From Clostridia bacterium (GTDB taxonomy: Bacteria; Bacillota; Clostridia; Oscillospirales; CAG-272), in the NCBI GenBank assembly GCA_017473085.1, contig JAFUNF010000012.1, positions 29,415 through 93,414 on the forward strand: a stretch of DNA of 64,000 nucleotides. The letters are read 5' to 3'. The translations under genes and the position numbers were made by a program. The notes beneath the pieces are model-generated. The model was not told the origin of the DNA. It was given only the letters and a program-made list of their open reading frames with translations, and did not search any database. Positions 57,586 through 64,000 of the stretch are shown one piece after another (the stretch's first letter is position 1; each line of letters begins with the position of its first letter).

Positions 57586-58653
57586 TTAGATATTTTCTAT
57601 AATCTTGTCTGTAATTTCGGTAGTTGTTAGGTACTCGCCACCGTGTGCTAAATCCTTTGTTCTAAAGCCTGCCTCAAGCACCTTGTCAACTGCGTTGACA
57701 ATTGCCTCGCTTTCCTCCTTTAGATTGAAGGAGTATAAAAGCATCATAGCACCAGATAGAATTGTAGCAATTGGGTTTGCAATATTCATGCCTGCAATGT
57801 CAGGAGCAGAGCCGTGAATTGGCTCATACAAGCCTCTTGTGTTGTCGCCTAAGCTGGCAGATGGTAGCATACCTATTGAGCCTGTGATTTGTGATGCCTC
57901 ATCAGAAAGAATATCTCCAAACATATTTGAGGTTACAATTACGTCAAATTGTGCAGGATTGCGTACTAATTGCATTGCTGCATTATCAACAAGCATATCT
58001 ACGCACTCAACGTTTGGATAGCTTGCTTCAAGCTCGTGAACAACCTTTCTCCAAAGTCTTGAGCTTTCAAGCACGTTTGCCTTATCTATGCTTGTTAGCT
58101 TTCCGTTTCTTTTTTGAGCTGTTTCGTAAGCAACCTTAGCAATTCTTTCAATTTCCATACGAGAATAGCATTCTGTATCGTATGCCTCTTCTCCGTATTT
58201 GCCCTGTCGCATACCTCTTTCGCCAAAGTAAATGCCACCTGTAAGCTCACGTACAATCATAATATCAAAGCCATTTGCAACAATATCCTCACGAAGTGGG
58301 CAATCTCCCTTTAGTGCAGGGTAAAGCTTCGCAGGACGAAGATTTGTGAAAAGTCCCATAGCACTTCTAATTCCTAAAAGTGCCTTTTCGGGTCTTTGGT
58401 TGCCTGGCAGAGTGTCCCACTTAGGTCCTCCAACTGCACCAAGAAGCACACTATCAGATGCTAAGCATCCCTCAACAGTAGCCTTGGGAAGTGGCTCTCC
58501 ACAGCTATCAATTGCAATACCACCTATTAAATAAGGTGTAAAATTAAACACGTGTCCGTACTTTTCGCCTATTTTTTCAAGAACTCTTACGGCACTATCT
58601 ACAATTTCAGGACCGATTCCATCGCCCTTTAATAATGCTATATTATAATTCAT
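57586..58653 (-). CDS. leuB: 3-isopropylmalate dehydrogenase
   Basis: [26 protein letters not shown] and [12 protein letters not shown] motifs. Confidence 0.97.
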   Translation of the reverse strand: MNYNIALLKGDGIGPEIVDSAVRVLEKIGEKYGHVFNFTPYLIGGIAIDSCGEPLPKATVEGCLASDSVLLGAVGGPKWDTLPGNQRPEKALLGIRSAMGLFTNLRPAKLYPALKGDCPLREDIVANGFDIMIVRELTGGIYFGERGMRQGKYGEEAYDTECYSRMEIERIAKVAYETAQKRNGKLTSIDKANVLESSRLWRKVVHELEASYPNVECVDMLVDNAAMQLVRNPAQFDVIVTSNMFGDILSDEASQITGSIGMLPSASLGDNTRGLYEPIHGSAPDIAGMNIANPIATILSGAMMLLYSFNLKEESEAIVNAVDKVLEAGFRTKDLAHGGEYLTTTEITDKIIENI

Positions 58654-58666
58654 TTTAATACCTCGA

Positions 58667-59161
58667 TTAGTTTAAGTCGCCCTTTTTGATGGTTTCGATA
58701 AGTCCACCATTTTGAATAATCTTTTGAATAAATTCTGGGAATGGTTGAGTTTTAAAGCTTTTACCTGTGGTGCGATTATAAATCACACCATTGTCAAGGT
58801 CTGCCTCAACAACGTCTCCATCATTGATATTTGCAACTGCCTCAGGACACTCCAAAATAGCAAGTCCGATGTTGATTGAGTTACGATAGAAAATTCTTGC
58901 AAAGGTATTTGCAATTACCAAGGAAATGCCACTTGCCTTAATTGCAATTGGTGCATGCTCTCTTGAAGAGCCACAACCAAAGTTGTCCCCTGCTACCATA
59001 ATGTCGCCTGCCTGTACTCTTTTTGTAAAGTCCTTATCTAAGTCCTCCATGCAGTGAGATGCAAGCTCCTTATGGTCACTTGTGTTCAAGTATCTTGCAG
59101 GGATAATTACGTCTGTATCAACGTTGTCGCCATATTTAATTACTTTTCCTGTAAAATTCAT
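58667..59161 (-). CDS. leuD: 3-isopropylmalate dehydratase small subunit
   Basis: [11 protein letters not shown] and [11 protein letters not shown] motifs. Confidence 0.95.
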   Translation of the reverse strand: MNFTGKVIKYGDNVDTDVIIPARYLNTSDHKELASHCMEDLDKDFTKRVQAGDIMVAGDNFGCGSSREHAPIAIKASGISLVIANTFARIFYRNSINIGLAILECPEAVANINDGDVVEADLDNGVIYNRTTGKSFKTQPFPEFIQKIIQNGGLIETIKKGDLN

Positions 59162-59172
59162 AGCTTGCCTCC

Positions 59173-60432
59173 TTATATGCTTAGTGGGTCTGCGATTTTG
59201 CCTGCAATTGCAGATGCAGCAGCAACTGCTGGGCTTGCTAAGTAAACCTCACTTGTAACGTCGCCCATACGACCTACAAAGTTTCTATTCGTTGTGGCAA
59301 CTGCTCTTTCGCCTGCTGCCAAAATACCCATATAACCACCAAGACAGGGTCCACAGGTTGGTGTAGAAACGATACAGCCTGCCTCGATAAATATCTTAAC
59401 AAGTCCGTTTTCAACTGCCTTTAGGTAAATATCCTGTGTTGCAGGAATAATAATTGCACGAACGTTTTTAGCAACCTGTCTGCCCTTTAAAATCATGGCA
59501 GCCTCTTCAATATCCTTATATTGTCCGTTAGTACAGGAGCCGATAACTACCTGATCAATTTTTATGTCAGGAATTTGGTCAAAGGTTCTTGTATTTTCAG
59601 GTAGGTGTGGGAATGCAACTGTTGATTTAATTGTAGATAGGTCTATTTCATAAACCTCGTCATATTTTGCATCCTCGTCTGCCTTGAAGGAAACAATTTC
59701 TCTGTCGCTTCTTTCCTTTATGTAAGCAATAGTTTGCTCATCAACCTCGAAAATACCATTTTTAGCGCCTGCCTCAATTGCCATATTGCAGATTGTAAGA
59801 CGGTCGTAAATGGTAAGTGAGGAAACACCCTCGCCAACGAATTCCATTGACTTGTAAAGTGCTCCGTCAACGCCAATTTTGCCTATAATATGAAGAATTA
59901 CGTCCTTACCAGACACATACTTATTAAGCTTGCCCTTAAGCACAAACTTAATAGCAGATGGCACCTTAAACCAAGCCTTGCCTGTTGCCATACCACAAGC
60001 CATATCAGTTGAGCCTACACCTGTTGAAAATGCACCCAATGCACCATAGGTACAGGTATGAGAGTCAGCACCGATTACTACGTCGCCAGATACAACAAGA
60101 CCCTTTTCGGGAAGAAGTGCGTGCTCAATGCCCATTTTACCAACATCGTAAAAGTGGGTAATTTCCTTTTCGTTGCAGAAATCTCTGCACATTTTACATT
60201 GAACTGCTGCCTTGATGTCCTTATTAGGTGCAAAATGGTCCATAACCATTGTTACCTTGTCCTTATCGTAAACAGAGTCAACGCCTATTTTATTAAACTC
60301 CTTGATTGCCACAGGAGAGGTAATATCATTACCTAAAACTCTATCAAGCTTAACAAGAACGAGCTGTCCTGCCTCAACGCTTTCAAGTCCTGCATGGGAA
60401 GCAAGAATTTTTTGAGTCATTGTCATTGACAT
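59173..60432 (-). CDS. leuC: 3-isopropylmalate dehydratase large subunit
   Basis: DSHTCT.GA, IGSCTNG, CGPCLG and NRNF.GRMG motifs. Confidence 0.95.
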   Translation of the reverse strand: MSMTMTQKILASHAGLESVEAGQLVLVKLDRVLGNDITSPVAIKEFNKIGVDSVYDKDKVTMVMDHFAPNKDIKAAVQCKMCRDFCNEKEITHFYDVGKMGIEHALLPEKGLVVSGDVVIGADSHTCTYGALGAFSTGVGSTDMACGMATGKAWFKVPSAIKFVLKGKLNKYVSGKDVILHIIGKIGVDGALYKSMEFVGEGVSSLTIYDRLTICNMAIEAGAKNGIFEVDEQTIAYIKERSDREIVSFKADEDAKYDEVYEIDLSTIKSTVAFPHLPENTRTFDQIPDIKIDQVVIGSCTNGQYKDIEEAAMILKGRQVAKNVRAIIIPATQDIYLKAVENGLVKIFIEAGCIVSTPTCGPCLGGYMGILAAGERAVATTNRNFVGRMGDVTSEVYLASPAVAAASAIAGKIADPLSI

Positions 60433-60560
60433 AATCTATATTTCCTTTCTTAAAGTTCTTTTTTTTCAAGCCAAAATGCACTAAAGATAGTGCACTTTGG
60501 CTTGCCCACAACCCATTTTTATTAGGTTGTGGGACAATTTCGCCAAGGGCTATTGCCTAT

Positions 60561-60722
60561 GGCTGTAAAAAACTAATCATTTAACGCAGGTAAGCTCAAC
60601 CTTACGTTAGGCTTGAGAGCCAAGTAAGACTAGGCGCACCGTAAGTCCCACAGACGAAGGCTATCCTTTGATAGTCGAGGTTGTGGGCGCGGAGCAACGA
60701 CGTATTGCGACGGCTATCGAGA
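60561..60722. repeat. GC-rich multi-hairpin intergenic element between ilvD and leuC
   Basis: Hairpins CTCAA-CCT..AGG-CTTGAG, CCCACA..TGTGGG and CTATC..GATAG; GGCTGTAAAAAA end. Confidence 0.45.
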
Positions 60723-62384
60723 CTAACGATTTATTATTGCGCCCTTATCGGCAGAAGAAACCTGCTGAGCATAGCGTTTTAGGTAGCCCGTGATGTTTTC
60801 TTTTCTCTTAATTGGCATTTCTTGTCTTCTCTTTGCCAATTCCTCGTCGGACACCTTTAGCTCGATTTTATATTCAGGAATATTAATGGAGATTATATCT
60901 CCGTCCTTTACGTAGGCGATTGGTCCACCACTTACAGCCTCAGGGGATACGTGACCGATTGAAGCACCTCTTGTAGCACCTGAGAAGCGACCATCTGTAA
61001 TAAGAGCAACGTCCTTATCAAGTCCCATGCCTGCAATTGCAGAGGTTGGGGAAAGCATTTCTCTCATACCTGGTCCACCACTTGGTCCCTCATAACGAAT
61101 AACAACAACGTCACCCTTTTGGATTTTGCCTGCGTAGATTGCAGATATACAATCCTCTTCACTTTCATAAACCCTTGCAGGTCCCTCGTGAACGAGCATT
61201 TCCTTTGCTACTGCGCTTCTCTTTACAACACAGCCATCGGGAGCTAAGTTGCCCTTAAGCACTGCAATACCACCTGTTTTTGTAAAGGGGTTGTCGATTG
61301 GTCTTATAGTTTCCTCATCCTTATTTACGGAGTTTTCAATATTTTCGCCAAGAGTTTTGCCTGTAACTGTCATAACGTTAGTGTTAAGTAGGTTAAGCTT
61401 TGTAAGCTCCTTCAAAACTGCATAAACTCCACCTGCCTCGTTTAAGTCCTCCATATAGGTTGGACCTGCAGGAGCTAAGTGACAAAGATTAGGTGTCCTT
61501 TCGCTGATTGTGTTTACGTAGTCAAGGTCAAACTCTACCTCGCACTCATTTGCAATTGCTGGTAGATGAAGCATACTGTTTGTTGAGCAACCAAGCGCCA
61601 TATCGGCAGTAATTGCATTTTCAATAGCTTCCTTAGTCATTATATCTCTTGGTCTTATGTTCTTTCTTACAAGCTCCATAATCTGCATACCTGCATGCTT
61701 AGCAAGCTCAATTCTTGCAGAATATACAGCAGGAATTGTACCATTACCCTGAAGTCCCATACCTAAAACCTCAGTTAGACAGTTCATTGAGTTAGCAGTG
61801 TACATACCTGAGCAGGAGCCACAGGTTGGACAAGCCTTGTCCTCATATTCACAAAGCTTACAATCGTCGATTGTGCCTGCCTTGTATGAGCCAACTGCCT
61901 CAAACATAGCAGAAAGACTTCTCTTTTTACCATCAACTCTTCCTGCAAGCATTGGTCCACCACTTACGAATATGGTTGGAATATTTAGTCTTGCAGAAGC
62001 CATTAGAAGTCCTGGCACGTTTTTGTCACAGTTAGGTATCATAACAAGTCCGTCAAAGCCGTGTGCCATTACCATAGCCTCGGTTGAGTCGGCAATTAAA
62101 TCTCTTGTTACAAGAGAATATTTCATACCCACGTGACCCATAGCAATACCATCACATACGGCAATTGCAGGGAACATAATAGGAGTTCCTCCTGCCATAG
62201 CTACACCAAGCTTTACAGCCTGTGTAATCTTGTCAAGATTCATATGTCCTGGCACTATTTCATTATATGAGCTAACAATACCGATAAGTGGTCTTTCCAG
62301 CTCCTCTCTTGTCAAGCCGAGAGCCTTATAAAGAGAACGGTGTGGTGCATTATGAGCACCATTTACAATAGTATCCTTAATCAT
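60723..62384 (-). CDS. ilvD: Dihydroxy-acid dehydratase
   Basis: [24 protein letters not shown] and TDGRFSG motifs; ATG 62384 after GGAG preferred as start. Confidence 0.96.
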   Translation of the reverse strand: MIKDTIVNGAHNAPHRSLYKALGLTREELERPLIGIVSSYNEIVPGHMNLDKITQAVKLGVAMAGGTPIMFPAIAVCDGIAMGHVGMKYSLVTRDLIADSTEAMVMAHGFDGLVMIPNCDKNVPGLLMASARLNIPTIFVSGGPMLAGRVDGKKRSLSAMFEAVGSYKAGTIDDCKLCEYEDKACPTCGSCSGMYTANSMNCLTEVLGMGLQGNGTIPAVYSARIELAKHAGMQIMELVRKNIRPRDIMTKEAIENAITADMALGCSTNSMLHLPAIANECEVEFDLDYVNTISERTPNLCHLAPAGPTYMEDLNEAGGVYAVLKELTKLNLLNTNVMTVTGKTLGENIENSVNKDEETIRPIDNPFTKTGGIAVLKGNLAPDGCVVKRSAVAKEMLVHEGPARVYESEEDCISAIYAGKIQKGDVVVIRYEGPSGGPGMREMLSPTSAIAGMGLDKDVALITDGRFSGATRGASIGHVSPEAVSGGPIAYVKDGDIISINIPEYKIELKVSDEELAKRRQEMPIKRKENITGYLKRYAQQVSSADKGAIINR

Positions 62385-62449
62385 TTTAAGCTCCAATTCT
62401 TAAAAGTCCAAGCCCTCTCGCTAAAAGAGGGCTGGATTTGCTTTAATAA

Positions 62450-63493
<1,044 letters not shown>

Positions 63494-64000
63494 TTATCTT
63501 GATTTGTGAACACCTGTTTTGGTGTTTTTAGAAAGAAGTGTACCACTTCCTCTTTCCAGAGCAACTATACCTGTACGACACATTTCGATTATTTCGTAGG
63601 GCTTCATATACTCTATAAAAGCATTAATTTTACTTGGCTCGCCTGTAATTTCTATACACATTTCGCTTGCGGTAAAATCAATTACCTTTGCTCTATATAC
63701 CTCAACTGCAGAAAGCACATCTGCTCTTGTTTGAGAGTTGTTTTTAACCTTGATAAGTGCAAGCTCACGCTTAACACTCATTGAGTCATCAATAACCTCA
63801 ACCTTTTTAACATTGATAAGCTTTCTAAGCTGATTTATAAGCTGTTCCTTTGCGTATCCGTCTCCACTGAGGCAGATAGTTATTCTTGAATACTCGGGGC
63901 TCTCTGTTTCGCCAACAGTTAAGGCATCAATATTGAAGCCACGACGAGTAAACATGCTTGTTACTCTTGTAAGTACACCAAATTTGTTATCTACGTAAAC
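63494..64000 (-). CDS. ilvN: Acetolactate synthase small subunit (5' end outside the window)
   Basis: GVLTRV.SMFTRRGFNI, RELALIKV and RTG.VAL.RG motifs. Confidence 0.92.
   Translation of the reverse strand, partial: VYVDNKFGVLTRVTSMFTRRGFNIDALTVGETESPEYSRITICLSGDGYAKEQLINQLRKLINVKKVEVIDDSMSVKRELALIKVKNNSQTRADVLSAVEVYRAKVIDFTASEMCIEITGEPSKINAFIEYMKPYEIIEMCRTGIVALERGSGTLLSKNTKTGVHKSR

Noticed and set aside
60433-60722. T-box riboswitch upstream of leuC
   Set aside because: No GGTGG.ACCGCG T-box sequence on the minus strand

Overview
AT-rich chromosomal segment, most likely from a Clostridia-class (Bacillota) gut or rumen bacterium, judged from sigmaA TTGACA-17-TATAAT promoters, AGGAG RBSs and gene content. 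The left end is housekeeping: fatty-acid kinase pair fakA/fakB, an OmpR/HAMP two-component system, gpx with an OhrR-like regulator, a cyclophilin, tRNA-Met and tRNA-Glu. About 8-46 kb is accessory: three BspA-type LRR surface proteins, an HTH-kinase/murQ operon, several signal-peptide-less CAZymes, an XRE-controlled lipoprotein trio, an RNA ligase and a GT8/acyltransferase cluster. The right end holds a complete his operon with a TrpR-like regulator and an ilv/leu operon. No cas, integrase, transposase or reverse transcriptase gene was seen. The most unusual signals are non-coding. (i) A ladder-like element of RTGAAG+hairpin units followed by CTTCAY+hairpin units occurs as two full copies and one remnant; one copy sits on the RBS of a collapsed four-helix-bundle (Avd/IVP-like) gene. 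(ii) Three REP-like palindromes each lie next to a duplicated gene 3' end, around an unannotated 55-aa peptide gene between two LRR genes. (iii) Two unrelated orphan genes share one promoter module. All calls come from reading the sequence by eye; no database searches were run.
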